Origin: Bugula neritina
Lineage: Eukaryota > Animalia > Bryozoa
Assembly: GCA_964035545.1 (NCBI GenBank)
Contig: OZ037770.1
Location: 4,806,662-4,870,661, forward strand
Direction of reading: 5' to 3'
DNA: 64,000 bases
Shown here: piece after piece, positions 11,144 through 25,347 of the stretch
Layout: each line of letters opens with the position of its first letter
Numbering within the stretch: position 1 is the stretch's first letter
Position numbers and translations under genes: made by a program
The notes under the pieces: generated by a model
Seen by the model: only the letters and a program-made list of their open reading frames with translations
The model's database searches: none
What the model was told of the DNA's origin: nothing

Positions 11144-14100
11144 CCATCAGTGTCGTCGACAGAGCACCACGGGCAGGCCATGTTCCATTACTGGTTCTTC
11201 CTCCATGGGTAGAAGGGTTGGCTGGTCCTGTGACCGGGAGGTGGTCACTCGAGTGTTATCTGAAAGATTAGCAGTGTTAAAGATTATACACTGAAGTACC
11301 GCCAGCATGTACAGCCTGACAGGTGCTCTGTTCAGTTACACTCGCGAGATGCAGATTAACGAATAGTTGGTCGAGAGAGCACACTCGCTATTGCAGATTA
11401 TTAAAATCCAAGTCGACGTGTGTTCTCACCACTGTATTTCATTGTCGAATCTCCAGCTCGCTAACTGGCATAGCTAGAGCTGACTGATGTAGTCTAGTTC
11501 CGGTACCAAAAACATAACTAACTCACCCTTCGATCCAGAATAGTAAGACATTTTGAATGAGAGCGGTAAATGATTAGTGTTTAGTGGTACGTCTGCTCTT
11601 GACTGCATCAATGTAGGAAAAGACTGGGCAGCGTGGTTGCGAAACGTGACTAGGGCTTTTCACTTCCAGCGGATGAATCTCATTTGTGATTCCGCCGAGG
11701 CAAAAGTTGATATTTTCGTTGTGTTCACAACTCCCACGTTTCTTTGCCTGTTTTCCCATACGATACCTCGGTAAACTTTCATAACTGCCGCTTGTAGCGC
11801 GGTCATGTACGAAGTCTCCGAGGCACGCTGGGAGTTGCCTAGTGTGCGGTCCTGGAGGTATCGTCACTGTGGGAGGCGGTGCGCTCACCCATTGATTGTT
11901 ATGTCTCACGGGTAGTGTTTCCGGCCTGTTTGTGACAGTGGTTCCTGCATTGGTATTTCCGTACAGAGCTCTCCCACGAGGGGTTTTTGCACTTCCGGAT
12001 CCGTTTCCGGAAGTGGTGGTGGTGGCAGGCCTGAAGTTGGGGGCGGTAAGCGCGCTTCCACGAACGGAAGTGGCCTTTCCTGCCTTGCCAAGTCTTCCTG
12101 AGAGTTCAAGGGCGTGTTTCCGGCCAGGACGACAGTCTTTGATTGCCCAGACTCTTTAGCACAATGCGTCTGCCGCCCCGCTTCACCAGGGAGACGGCTA
12201 TGCTTGTTGGTCTGGCAGCTTTCACACTGTCTCACTCTACGCCGGATGTCCCGCTCCATGTTGGGCCATTACCACCGGAGTTGTAACTTGGCGACCACCC
12301 CCTGGACTCCTGCGCGAGTCTGCTGGTGGGTGTCCCGTATCAACTCTCGGCGGACGGCAGCTGGGCAGACTATCTTCTCACTTGCTGGCTGTCTGCTGTT
12401 GGCGGCCAAATTCACGGTCAACAGACCATCTGGCTCAATCTGCAGGGAGTTCCAACGTTGACAGTACAGCTGTAACTTGGCGCATCCCTGTCTCCGTTGT
12501 CTAGCACTGAGTCGTCGCCCTTCCTGTTTTGCTCCGTACACGTCGGCTACCACCCCAGGAAGGCTTTCATGGAGTTTCGGTAGCTCCCTAACGTCACCAG
12601 CCCAGACAGGTTTGGCGCGGAGGCTCTAGACGGTCTCCGGTTGGAGTCGGCCCGGGTCCCGTGTTGCCAACGGGAACCGCGGGGAACTCAGTTCTTCTTC
12701 GGGCCCAACCTCATCGTGGGCTGCCGAGTGGGGGCGGTCTCCGCCGCCTGTGGTATCTCACGACGGGCCACTCTATTTAGGTAGGCATCGTGGTCTGTGT
12801 GGCGGGGTGCCTCACTGTACCGGTGCGGCAATCAGGTTATGGCATGGCACTTCCCGTTGCCCGCACAGCCACGCGTCCCTGGATTATGGGAGGCGTAGGG
12901 TGGGACGGTCCTCCGCCCTTGTGACGGGCTCTGTTGAGGACCTTCCGTCGTAGCTTCCAATGACGACCAAATGTCTTCCTCCTGTACAGGATGGAAGCGG
13001 CCCAGCATGGACCCGGATGGTAGGTCTACCGTTTCTGGGGAGGGGTTGACACACTGCGCCGAGATCTCTCCTTGTCCCGTAAGCTGGTTACAGCTGCGGG
13101 CAAGTTGGATTCTTGGGTGCGTGCTTTCGACAACTCCCAACCTAGAGGTCTGGCTACCGTCTACTTTGCAGCGGACGGTGGCCCGGGAATGGCCTGGTAT
13201 CGTACAGCTTCGTACTACCTGCACTCCTCCCGCTAGAGAACAACCAAACTTATCGACACAGGTGAGCTCCCTGTCGCCCATGATCATTGCAAATTTACTA
13301 AAATCGATGTGACATCCGTTTCATGGTAAAAATGACATCCCGAGGATAGCATCCTCGTTGAGCTGTCCGACGATAAACTTCTCCTGGATGGTCTGGTCAC
13401 GGACACAACCAGTGAGCTCAATAATGCCGTAGAAGGGAATGCACGACCCGTTTGCTAGGGTGCCATGATTCCCCTCGTTTGGTGCCAACCCGCTCCTGAC
13501 CTTAGCGTTGAGGGTGTCAAAGAACTGACGGCTCAAGAGGTTGGTGGTGCAGCCCAGGTCTAGAAGGAAGTTGGCAGGTTTGCCAGCTATCTTTCCTGGC
13601 AGGAAGTAGCTACTCCCTTGGGGGGATGCATTTGTGCGTGCCGTAGTTGCACCTCACTCGCTATGGGTCGAGGGGTTCATGGTTGGTGACGGCCATTGAC
13701 CAGCTGCCGAAATTGGGGCGGTACGCCTTGCGGGGCCTGTACCGTTTTCCTGGCAGGCTCTGAGGTCATTAGCCCGTTGGATCTGTTTCGGAGCGGCATA
13801 GGGGACCCAGGTGGCGAGTGGCTTGATCAGCCTACTTGCCGTGGTGATCGCCACTCCACAGTATCCTCGCATGGCACCCAGTGTGACGGCCGACGCATTG
13901 TCCCCCCTGGGTGATTTACCGGCGGCCCGCAGAAGGTGGGAACATCTGCGAGCCGTGGTAGTTTAACCCTTGTTGGAGTTGGGGGTAGTTTCTCTGAAAG
14001 TGTCCAAGTCCTCCGCATTCCCAGCCGAAGTTATGCCCCATGCCTGGTGACTGTGCCTGCGGCCCGCAAGGCTCACGGGCAGTATCAACCTGCCTTGGGG

Positions 14101-14879
14101 GAGCTAATGTGGCGACCAGTTTGGCTAGCATGTCAGTCATCTGAGCGTCCTTCGATGCTACCGTCATCAGTGTCACATTAGCCACTGCGGAGGGCTCCGC
14201 ATCTGGTTCGGTATGAGCAGTAGTGTGCTCCGTGGCTACCTGGCGGGAGGCCACGCGGTTGCGGTGCATCTGAGTTGTCAAGAGGTAGGCTTCTCTTACC
14301 GCGAGTGCATCCTCGACCGCGGTGACTCCCCTCGCTTGGAACTGATGGTGGAGTCCCAAGTTGTTGATGGACTGCACGAAGGCATCATAAGTATACCTCT
14401 CACGGTTCGCTTGAGGCAGATCAGTGTCATCACCATGATAGCGTGCTTCTGCAGCGGCGTGTGAGGATCACGCCGCAGCCTTTGTAGGCGGGCCCGCGCA
14501 TCTATGGCAGAGATACCAAAACAGGCCCGCAGAGAAGTGGAGATCCCGTCTATGTTAGGTCCCGCTCCGTAGGGCTTAGCCTTGCCTGTCAGCGCCATCC
14601 TGAGCTTGAGCAACGCCACCCTTGGGGGCCACCGTGCAACTTCCATCACATCTTGAAACTCCTGGATAAATTGTTCAACAGCTTCCTCGCCTGTGAAGGT
14701 GGGCGCCTTCAGCCGGTATCTGTCCTCACCGGGCTCTCTGGGAACTCTCACTTCTTCCACCACTACTGGTTCAACAGGTATATCAACATTATCTTCCTCA
14801 CCTTCATTCAGTGGAATGGGTAGCTCCGTACCGTCTTTCGCCATAACTGTTCTGCGCAAGACCACACTTCTGCCACCAC

Positions 14880-15228
14880 TGTAGTAATTCGTGCAAAAAC
14901 TGTGCATGAGTTTTTACTTGCGTATTTAGTTGGCTATTCTACTAGCAATTACTAGAGTTGCTGACGAGTAATCACCTTTATTATCCACAATACAATACAT
15001 AACAAACATTACATCAAACTACAATACAAAATCAGTCACTACTAATACGTGTTTACACTTCAAGCCCTCGCTTACAACAACATGATCATTGCTAATTGCC
15101 CGGGAACTGTCACATGAATCGGAAGTACATCTTCCGGTTCTTCTGATTGAATAATACATTGGGGCCTTAGTATTCCCCGAACGAAGAGAGGACGATTTCT
15201 ATATTACTGCATTGCGTGACCCACTACA
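14880..15228 (-). repeat. 5' LTR of Gypsy element
   Basis: Direct repeat of 9862-10210; adjacent to PBS and gag start. Confidence 0.93.
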
Positions 15229-15232
15229 CTAT

Positions 15233-15760
15233 AAGCTGGCCAGCCCCAAGCCAGTTAGGTGCTGTTCTGCTACAGTGTGCCTTTCTCATTGTGTGCAGGG
15301 GAAATAGGGGACAGCCAAACAGCAGGCCGCAATCTTTGTACAAGGCAACAAAAAACTGAAACTAAGAGACCAGCTTCTAAATTGGGATGTTGGAACATCC
15401 GTACTTTGCTCAACGGTTTATTCACCAGTTTAGAGGACATCAGGGACACCTGAATAACTACCATTATAAACGGCGAACTCAAAAGAGTAAGCGACGACAA
15501 TAATACTACCCTTCAAGAAACCTGGTTAGATGGATGTGGCACTCTAAAAGAAAAGCACTATATAATTTACCGGCGAAAAAGGAGTTCCAATCAGCCAAGA
15601 GTAAACAGAGTTTGCTTTGCATCGAGGAACAGGCTCTTGAGTACGGTAGAACCATGTAGTAACAGCTTAGAGCAACTCTTGACACTTCATTTCGACACCA
15701 CCAGTGGCCCTGTCAACCTTGTCACTGTATATGCTTCGACACTATCCGCTGCACAGGACG
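15233..15760 (+). mobile_element. RTE-like LINE apurinic endonuclease remnant
   Basis: KLGCWNIRTL, LQETWLDGCGTLKEKHY and LYML/YAxTL-like segments match the N-terminus of RTE ORFs; broken by stops and frameshifts. Confidence 0.75.
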
Positions 15761-16661
15761 CCATATATATCTATATATCAACCAACTAGTCTACACTCTG
15801 TGGATATAAAACTGAATGAACCTGTTTTTGAGAATAGTATTATTATAAGGTGCAGCTTCTGTCAGAACTTTTTTTTAAAATCTTATATTGCTCCTGACTA
15901 ACACAGACTGGGATGCATGATCGAATAACTATTTAACAGACATTAAATATTTCTTTAAAGAATAAAACGCCTAGGTGGTATAAATTAGCAAATTGTTAAA
16001 CCCCTTAAGATATTCTGCAGTTATAATTACTTATTATTATATTATTCTTGAGGGCAGAGCCTACAACTGAACTTAATTCTATTTCCTGTATTGTTTATCC
16101 AGAACAGGCACATATGACACGCTATAGGGCTGTGTATGAGGTAGACAAGTGACCCCATGTCTTGATACAACTTACACCATCTTTAAACTCAATATAAACC
16201 TATCTAGATATAAGAATGTTTGATGAACAAACCAATGTGACAAACATTACCAGATATGAATCAAAACCAGATACTTTATCTCTCCAGCTCTGTTAGTTTA
16301 CCTTGTCTTTATGTTTGTAATGATTAGTTAGCTAAAGCATCACTTCCAATATATAACTTTTTACTTATCAAATATTAAATTGACTTGCTTTAATGTCGAT
16401 GACATTATATACATGTTTCAATATATTGTTTGTGAAAATCGATGAAAAAATACATAACGCACAACTTTCTTGCAAAAATATAAGTAGTCATTATAGACTA
16501 CAAATGGATCCTAGCGCACATAAAAAATATGTATATAGATCTTGTATATGCTTTGCATTCTTACAAATGATAATAATTATGCTATACACTATGTGTCCAA
16601 TATAAAAATATGAGCGCGCTCAAACAATAATATAGTTACCTAAGAAAAGATTATCAATTTT

Positions 16662-19600
16662 TCACCCCATAATCCTGTATTTTAACTCAGAGTTGAGGAG
16701 TTGTCGTTCTTGTCTGGAGTTGGCTATCAGAGAGGAATTTTCATGAGAACGTCTAGACAGATATGGCAAAGACTCGCTGATTGTCCCAACAGCCACTGAT
16801 TTATACACAGGATATCCCTTTTGACCTAAATACAACAGGATATTGAGAATAAATATTTATTGACAAGCTTCTCGTATAGTTCGATGGAAGTTGTCTTCTT
16901 TTTGAAGAATATTTTTCCTGAAATAGGTATATATAGATGGCTGAGTATTATAGATTTAGATAGCTCTTAAGAATTACCAACTACAGATGAAGGTATATTT
17001 AAACCGGTCAAGTTCCGTTAGGTTTTGAATTTTTACTGAGTTTAAAACGGTGCGACTTTGAATTTTATTGATTCTCATTTGCATTGAAGAGTTTAAAGTT
17101 GATTTGTAACTTAACAAATTTTCCGGGTTTATAGTCGCTAACCCTACAACAGTCCCAGATAGAAAAAGTAAACTACAATTTTCTCTTTTATGTTGTAAAA
17201 GAAAATTATGACTGAGTACCCTTCTTCAACTCACCAGTGGCCTTTGTATAAGATAGAACTGCTGTCTGTATGCTTACTAAGCCTGTGCTTTAACCACTAG
17301 ATTATGCTGCAATAGTTACACTTACCTAGAGTATATGTTATGTGGTCACACATTCCATAAACCTGAGCAAGTATCACTTTCCTGTCTTCACTTGAAATAC
17401 CATAACTTCTCATTCTACATGAGAATATTATTACTATAGCTATCTTAAGTTTATATAATACATTATGCATGTAAATGGATATAATGTATATGGGCATTGC
17501 ATCCGAGAGGGATGGATTATGTAAAGTTGTTAGTAATAAAACATTTGTTCAGTTTCCACCTCATGACCAGCTACAATTAAACTGGTAAAACTATATCAAC
17601 CTCTCTACAGCCTGTTTGATAGAGTCTTGGTTATGAGAAGCGAGAACAAATCTGATTTGTCTCCCCTGGTTGCTGTTATCACGAATCTTCTGCAGTAGCC
17701 AGTTGGCTGTAGAGTTGTAAGAGTTATGTGTAGCCTGTATTCCATCGTGTACAGGACAAGGATGACCTTGACTTTTAGGTTCATTTTCCTCAGCTACCAT
17801 GTACGCCCCCCTTACCAACTTAGCTGAAATATCAAACACACAGTTTTTAGAACTTCAGCCTTCTGTTATATAAACAGCATGAAATTAAATAATTCTACAT
17901 AATATACGTGTGAATCAGTCAAAAGGAAGTAAATATAAACATTCCTAAGTAATTACACAAATATAATATTGAACTATACTCATCTGTTGATAAAAGTTTT
18001 AAATTAGCTGCATTTTGTCAAAGTTTATATTATGAACAAGCTCATTTTAATATAAGTCGAGTGTTTTGTTTTTCACTAGAACCCAACATTGCAGAATCAT
18101 AAGAGTACAACTGGATGCGTCAATAACTTTTAAAATAAAGGACATTGGAAGGTCACATGGATCCACAAAATAGAGTAAAAACTGTAATAGATTATCTCAA
18201 ATCAATCTTTAATCTAATATACAATATGTTTGTGATTGTGAAGCAGAATTTCCTATCAATTATGTATGTGTTTGCTAATTCAACCTATTGGGAATTTTAA
18301 TTATTATTTATATACTTGGGAGTTGCCCTCTTAAATTCTGGTGATAACTTTTAAAATGCATTTTGAGTTATGCCAATCAGCTGAATAAAGGACATTGGAA
18401 GGTCACATGGATCCACAAAAGAGAGTATAAACTGTAATAGATTATCTCAAATCAATCTTTAATCTAATATACAATATGTTTGTGATTGTGAAGCAGAATT
18501 TCCTCTCAATTATTTATGCGTTTGCTAGTTCAACCTATTGGGAATTTTAATTATTATTTATATACTTGGGAGTTGCCCTCTTAAATTCTGGTGATAACTT
18601 TTAAAATGCATTTTGAGTTATGCCAATCAGCTGAATAAAGGAAATTGGAAGGTCACATGGATCCACAAAATAGAGTATAAACTGTAATAATATATTATCT
18701 CAAATCAATCTTTAATCTAATATACAATATGTTTGTGATTGTGAAGAAGAATTTCCTATCAATTATTTATGTGTTTGCTAGTTCAACCTATTGGGAATTT
18801 TAATTATTATTTATATACTTGGGAGTTGTTCTCTAAAATGGTGTTGAGGGCCAACGTATAGACAACTCTGTAGGCTAATTAACTAATCAACTATAAAACT
18901 GACTAACTCACCCCCATAGTGAAGGTTATTCTTCTCGGCAAAATTGAATTCCCACTGCAAGGCCTCAAATGACTTCTACAATGTGCAGGAAACAACCAGC
19001 ATAGTGTGCACACATGCAGACATCTTTGTAGAATAGGTTATACAATTACCAAAAATATATTTACATGGAGAAACAAAAACACATCTTCTGCACCTTGAGA
19101 ACCAATTTGGATCAAGTTTAAATGTTTATTAGAAAAAATAATGAAAGAAAGGCAACTTTTGTTTGGTCTGTAAATCCACATTTGAAACTTACTATCTGTA
19201 GATAACAGCAGTCTAACCTTGAGGTAGCATTGTGTTGTGTTCCAAACAACAGCCTTAGTCCTATTACACACTAGACTGAGAGCCATGGCCAAAGCTGTGA
19301 GAGCCGGGTTCGTGTTGGTATACTCAGCGTCCACCATCAACACGGTATCCGTGACAACAGCTTTTTGTCCCACTTCACTGAGCAGAATCAGCCCCGACAG
19401 CAATTCTGGGACGATGCCAGAAGCCCCAGGTGTCTCCACTAGCCACTTCAGGGTGTCTACAGGTACAGCCTATGTGCTGTATAGTGCAGTGGAAGTAATT
19501 ATGAATGCCAGAACAAATTTTAGTTGATATTTGAATTATTTAAAAGGAGTCAACACAGACTTATATGACAAAACACACTCAAGTTTAAAGTCCTTATCCT

Positions 19601-22600
19601 AGATGGACGAGATATTTGAAAAGCTGGCTAAAAACTTAAATTATTATGTAGCACAACGGTAAATCACACATGACCTTTACTGAGAATTGACCCCATCACC
19701 TTGGTGTTACTAAGTCAGCAATCTAACCCCTAAAACACTGCTGCTTCCTAACATATTTATAGGATAAGCAGAAGGTATAATAATATGCAGATTTGGTGAA
19801 GATCAAATTTTTTGCAGACTAACATCTTTGAGCTTCACAATTGGCACGTTGAATATGCACTCCAAACCAAGACACATGATTACAATATAGGAACTTGAGC
19901 TATATCTCATACGATCCATAGATCTAAAGGACTTATCACTTACACAGATTACAGACTATCACTGCTTCTCACTGCTACAGGACTATCAGGACTATCAAGA
20001 GAAAAGATTTAATGTGAACCAGTTACAACTGGCTTCAACCAAAACATTGGGATATGTAAATTCTTTTTCAATGATGGCTGTCACTGAGACATGGAAATAT
20101 AATAGCTCCTGATAAGCTGACTGACAGCACAATACTATGGAAACTGAAAAACTCATTTGCTATGAATTATAATATTTATTTTGTAACAAATCTAAAATAT
20201 GCCAGCCTACACTGCAAATGCTCTTATATAATTGAGAGCTCCTCCCCCTCCCCCTACACTATGCCTTTATTGTATAACCCCCTTTTCCTCTTCCTACACC
20301 ACTTACGCTCACTGCATGTCCATCATTGCCTTACGTGAATGAATTGTTCATTTGGTCAACAGAAACAACTACGTTGAATGAAACCACAACCAGAAGTTAT
20401 TACAAACTACAAGCACAATTTAATCTGTTACCATAATGGCAGCCAAGCTGGTGTAGAATGTTTTAGAAATATTATAATGAATAAACTCTGGGGTTGTTTA
20501 AATGCACAATGGCGTTGTTTCCATGACAACAAAGTTCATTTACATTTACACTAAACATTATATTATGTGTAAACCCATGTAGTTCTTCATTGTTTTTTTT
20601 TTAAAGTTCTCAAATAGAATTCACACTTTCTATAAAGTGTATAGGTGATGCATATTTACAGTTAAAATTGAAATTTATGATTTCTAGTTCGAAGTTTAGG
20701 TGCAGAGCGAAATTAGGTTATAGTAATATAGGTAAAACCAAAATATATAAAAATAACTACAGCTTAAAAATGAATAAAAAAACCTCATTAGCCTGACAGA
20801 CTAGAAGAGATAGCTGATGTCATACCAGGATTGTGGGTGCGCATGTACTCAGCTGAACTATAAATAACTTTCTCTCTCACTTCATCAGACAGTAGGGATA
20901 CGGACTTCTGGTCAATTATAGAATAGTATGTCTTATGAGTATATCAAGCTATATTTCTTCATGTATATCAACATATGTCCTAAATTATAATTAAACAATG
21001 TAATTATACATAGAGGTTCTATTTATGGCAATACTGTTTTACATTATAATTGTTCTAAAAAATATTATAGTTTCTAAGTCTTAGATTTTTCTACAATTGA
21101 CAACAAAACATATTTAATGCTTTTATAAACATAACATATATATTTTTCTTAAGATAAATCTAAATGCCAAGTTTTACCAATTAAAATACTGAAACATGCA
21201 TGCAGAATTAGTAGCTGAAACCAGGACTAGTAGCTAAAATGACAAAATACGCAGCAATGAACTCACCAACAGGTGTGAAGTGAACATAGCAGAAATACGA
21301 ATTTGCATATATGAGCCATATGGAGTTTTCTTTTCAGTAATACCTTCCATCATTTTGATAATGTTTTTAGCATTGCCATTAGCTTCCTCCACCCTTTAAA
21401 GCAATATATTTCAATTACAAAACTTGAGTAGAGCCAACAATCAAAAACTGAAAATGAAGTCATTTTTTTATTCTTAGTTTGCAGTCACAGTTGTCGTTTT
21501 GATAAAGAGACAAAATATTGTTATATTAACAACTTTTTAATTAAAAGACGCTGATGTATTACTAATGATAAAGTACATCATATGACGTGTGTGGATCCCA
21601 AAAGTAACAGTTATATAAGATAAAAGTCAAACATGTTATATAAATTTGAAGATGTTATATTACATTTGCTGATACCTTATGACGCATTGTTAGGCCATAC
21701 GGTGTTGGGCTGCATGCACTGCAAAAAACTTTGATGTGAAGCTTGCTATGTTAATTATAATCAACAAAGTACTGAATCACGTCACATCTCAAATCAAGTC
21801 ACAGTTCAAGTCAATTATGGCAATGCATTACTTTATAGCACTTAATTAATTGAAAATACAATATAACCAATCAATTGCTCCAACAGCATTTATCACAGTT
21901 TCTAAAATACTTTTTTCTAATCCTAGTACCAAAAACTCAAGCAACAGATAGTTCAAGTGCTTGCTATATAAAGTTATTAAATACAGTTTTATTGATTCCA
22001 TATTCTATAAAACTATTGTTATCACTAGGAACTGATCCCGACACCAGCCAGTTGCAAGTGCAGACGCACTAACCATTATACCAAAAGGTCAATTGGATAA
22101 TCGCAATATTACGCACTTGCTGAAAACTTAACTCATTCCAGAACATTTTTGAAGACAAGTTGCATATAGTCAACACTCTAACTAAGTCCACAGGTAAGTT
22201 GAATAAAATTAGCTTGAGTAAACTTTGAGAATTAGTAAGTCATTTAGCTGTCCCATGCATAAAGAAGGTAGACAACTTAAAAATAGTTCTTAGGTATTTC
22301 ATGAACTACACATTGCTACGCTTCGGGCCGTCATATACCAACCCCCTAATTTACTTGAAAGAGAAAGGAAACTCACTTGTCTATGGCTTCCATTACCATC
22401 AGAACAAAAGTGCCACTGTTGGCTTTAGCCAGTTTATCAATATTATACCTAACATCGGCTATAGTCACACCCCCAACAAACTGGTCATAGAACAAAGGTT
22501 TTACAACGGCAGAAGACAGTCTTTTACCCAGAATTCTCTGTGTCCTTTCAAATATCTGTAACAAAACAATTGCTGCTCAATACTCTACAAATATTTTCCA

Positions 22601-23328
22601 ACTGAGACATAATATATGTACAGAACTAACAATATTCTATAACATTGTTTCACCTTTATATTATGTCTGTTTAAATTACTGAGTGAAGCACATCACCAAT
22701 TGATGTGATGGTAAAGTCAACTGATATATTATTGACTTCGATAATATTGCTAAAGAATGTTTTATTCACTTTTTTATTTACTTTGTTTTCTATAACATTG
22801 CATAATAATTGGCGAATTTCCAAGTCTCACTGGTTAGGAGTTGTATGCTCCCACCACTTATCACAATATTATATTGAGTTATAAGAAGCACACTAAGATG
22901 TAAGTTATAATAAACTGTGACATCACATTGTGAAATTTTATACTTCACTATAATAAGGTAATGCTGTGCAATATTATATAAAGTTGTGGTGTTTTGTAAT
23001 ACAATACCCTATATAATTTACATAATAAGTTTCAAAAGTAATGTAAAGCGAGACTCAGTATGTAACACATAACCTCTGCTGATCTGCTGACAAATTTCCT
23101 GTTGGAACAGACTCTGAAGACTGTCAGAGCTCTCACAATCTCCCACGATGACTTCTCTTTGAAAGCTTGCTTGTGATCAGTGAAATCCAAATCTACAACT
23201 GGAGATGTCGCTGTATCTTCTGCAACCGTTTCTTGGTTGATTAAAACTGCCTTTTGCTGACGGGACAAGACAGTTGATAGATATTTCTGCTGCTGAAAAT
23301 GTCGGGCAGAGAGCTTGAGAAAAGACAT
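16662..23328 (-). CDS. PRODH2: Mitochondrial proline/hydroxyproline dehydrogenase (PRODH2-like). About 9 exons: 23328-23074, ~22555-22378, ~21393-21267, ~20908-20826, ~19458-19218, 18975-18912, 17823-~17601, ~17415-17326, ~16825-16662
   Basis: Motifs DFTDHKQAFKEKSSWEIVRAL, FYDQFVGG, LMVDAEYT, VWNTTQCYLK, YGAKLVRGAYM, LASHN, AQVYGMCDHITYTLG, YKSV and PYLSRRSHEN, with a basic N-terminal targeting-like peptide. YKS and MQIR match PRODH2 (YKSIPYG, MQLK) better than PRODH1. Confidence 0.88.
18135..18832. repeat. 250-bp tandem repeat, ~2.8 copies, in PRODH intron
   Basis: ga(c/a)attggaaggtcacatggatccacaaaa starts at 18141, 18391 and 18641. Confidence 0.9.
22025..22085 (-). mobile_element. tRNA-derived SINE head remnant
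   Basis: Reverse complement TGGTATAATGGTTAGTGCGTCTGCACTTGCAA has an A-box and anticodon-arm-like stretch; the B-box is degenerate. Confidence 0.35.
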
Positions 23329-24829
23329 TACTGGACAAGTCAAAATCTGAGTGTAAATTAAACTTGTTTTACAAAACAATGTTGTGGGAGAATCTAATGT
23401 CAGCTGTCAAGTGTGGTTACTGCAGAGTGTGTTGTACTGTGGACAGTAAACTTCTAACACTCAGTTTGATTGGCCTAACAGGAATATCTGGTCAGTTACT
23501 TACAACAAACCAGACACTGTGTAACATATTAATATAACACTGAAGTAAGGATTTACACTATAATCTGATTGGTATAATTATAATATTATTTGCCTACATC
23601 GAATAGTCTTGGTACATCTATCTTGCCTCCAAGGACTGCATTGTGCAAACAGATTATTCATTGATGCCTGGGGAAAGTGTCTTTAAGGACACAAATCCAT
23701 TCTAACGGTTCTATCAAATGAAAATGATGCGAAGCTGAATGATTCATCATTTATGTATTGATGCCCTTTAACCTTTTGGTGCGAAGCCCTTCAATCAAGT
23801 CGGATGAACTCTTTTGTCGCAGAGGCAGAGATCGGTAATCGTACTTGCTCTAGTTACATAGTTACAGGATGTAAACAATAAAATTCTCCAACTACGACTA
23901 AAAACTAAAATGTTATTTCACAACCAATTTGAACAAATTATTTCGTGTATATTAGCTGCCATTATTTTAAATAATTATTTCTCACTGTGAATTTTCGTAA
24001 TTTTTCTGTGATTGTAAAGAATTAAACTTCCAATGGCTAAAACAAGCCAACGGCTAGTTTGAAAGTAGGTTTCATTCTGAAAACTGTTAGTAAGCCTTTA
24101 TTTTGCACCATGAAAAGTAAGGCATTCATCTGGTAAAACCTCTATAATTTGAAAAAAAAGTTTAAGGAAATGAATTTAATTTAGTAAAAACCAAGATAGA
24201 GTGAGTGGCGTAAAGTACCATGAAGTAGTAGCACTAACTCAATATTAGCCATATCTGTCGGCAATATGCCGCTGCAGGAGTGCGTGTTTTGCTGGCTGAA
24301 TAGTCTTAGAGACAACTTTGCACGAATTGCCTGTAGCACTGTGTTCCTTTTATTCTGTTTAACCCGGGCAGGAATATTTGTGAAAAGGTAGTTAGTGTGC
24401 TGTAAAAGCTTAAAATAAATTAAAGATAAAATTTTATTGCAGCAACTTGGATATATGACTATGAAGTTCTATTATACACCTAAATATTGACTGAAGAAAT
24501 TATTGGCTATAATGAAATTTTTGTGTTTAGTGCTTTTATTAAATATCCAGGTTCAAAATAACCACCTTTGTAATACATGCTGTTTTTAAAATAATTACAA
24601 CATAGCTTTTTTGCATCAGTTTTGGGTTGCTTGTTCTTTATCCTAAATGTTAACTATAATCTATAAAAATCAGTGTCAGCAAAATATGGTGTTATCATCA
24701 CTGCGGGCAAAAAATGCTGCTTCATCAATTTCTGTTTAACTTTGATACTGTATGCTATTATGTGATAAAGTCTCAGAGTTTGACTGTTAGTGCTGGGTAT
24801 TACTATCTACTGCCACAACCAGTGTTACA

Positions 24830-25222
24830 GAACTACTGCTACTGCTACTAGTGCTACTGCTGCTGCTACTGCTACTACTACTGCTACTACCACTGCTACT
24901 ACCACTGCTACTACCACTGCTACTACCACTGCTACTAGTGCTACTGCTGCTGCTACTATCGCTGCTACTACTACTACTACTGCTACTACTACTACCGCAA
25001 CTACTACTACTGCTACTGCTACTACTGCTGCTGCTGCTACTACCGCTGCTCCTACCGCTGCTACTACTGCTACTGCAACTACTACTACCGCAACTACTAC
25101 TACTGCTACTGCTACTACTGCTACTACTACTACTACTACTAATAGTACTAGTACTACTGCTGCTGCTTCTACTACTACTCTGATTACTGCCACTATGACT
25201 ACTGCTGCTGCTACTACCACCA
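24830..25222. repeat. (ACT/GCT)n trinucleotide microsatellite
   Basis: Direct reading; shorter counterpart at 29838-30030. Confidence 0.95.
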
Positions 25223-25347
25223 GATCAAAATTGTCATTGACACATTGTTCAATACAAGACTACAAAGTGAACTACACAAATTTATGAAATAACATTTTAT
25301 TTTGGTTCACTTTGCATATAGAAAATATAAATACTAATGAAATGGGT

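Larger units (their letters stand above)
9862..15228 (-). mobile_element. Ty3/Gypsy LTR retrotransposon, internally deleted (gag, protease and integrase Zn-finger remnants; RT, RNase H and integrase core missing)
   Basis: Paired LTRs 9862-10210 and 14880-15228 (TGTAG...CTACA), 4-bp TSD CTAT, tRNA-Leu-like PBS TGGTGGCAGAAGTG next to the right LTR, polypurine tract next to the left LTR. Gag ORFs 13916-14907, protease ~13321-13600, HHCC remnant 12200-12330. Confidence 0.93.

Noticed and set aside
24790-25287. Thr/Ala-rich mucin-like, poly-Leu and poly-Val ORFs (also 29771-30070)
   Set aside because: Trinucleotide microsatellite open in several frames, with length differing between the duplicates and no splice or domain support.
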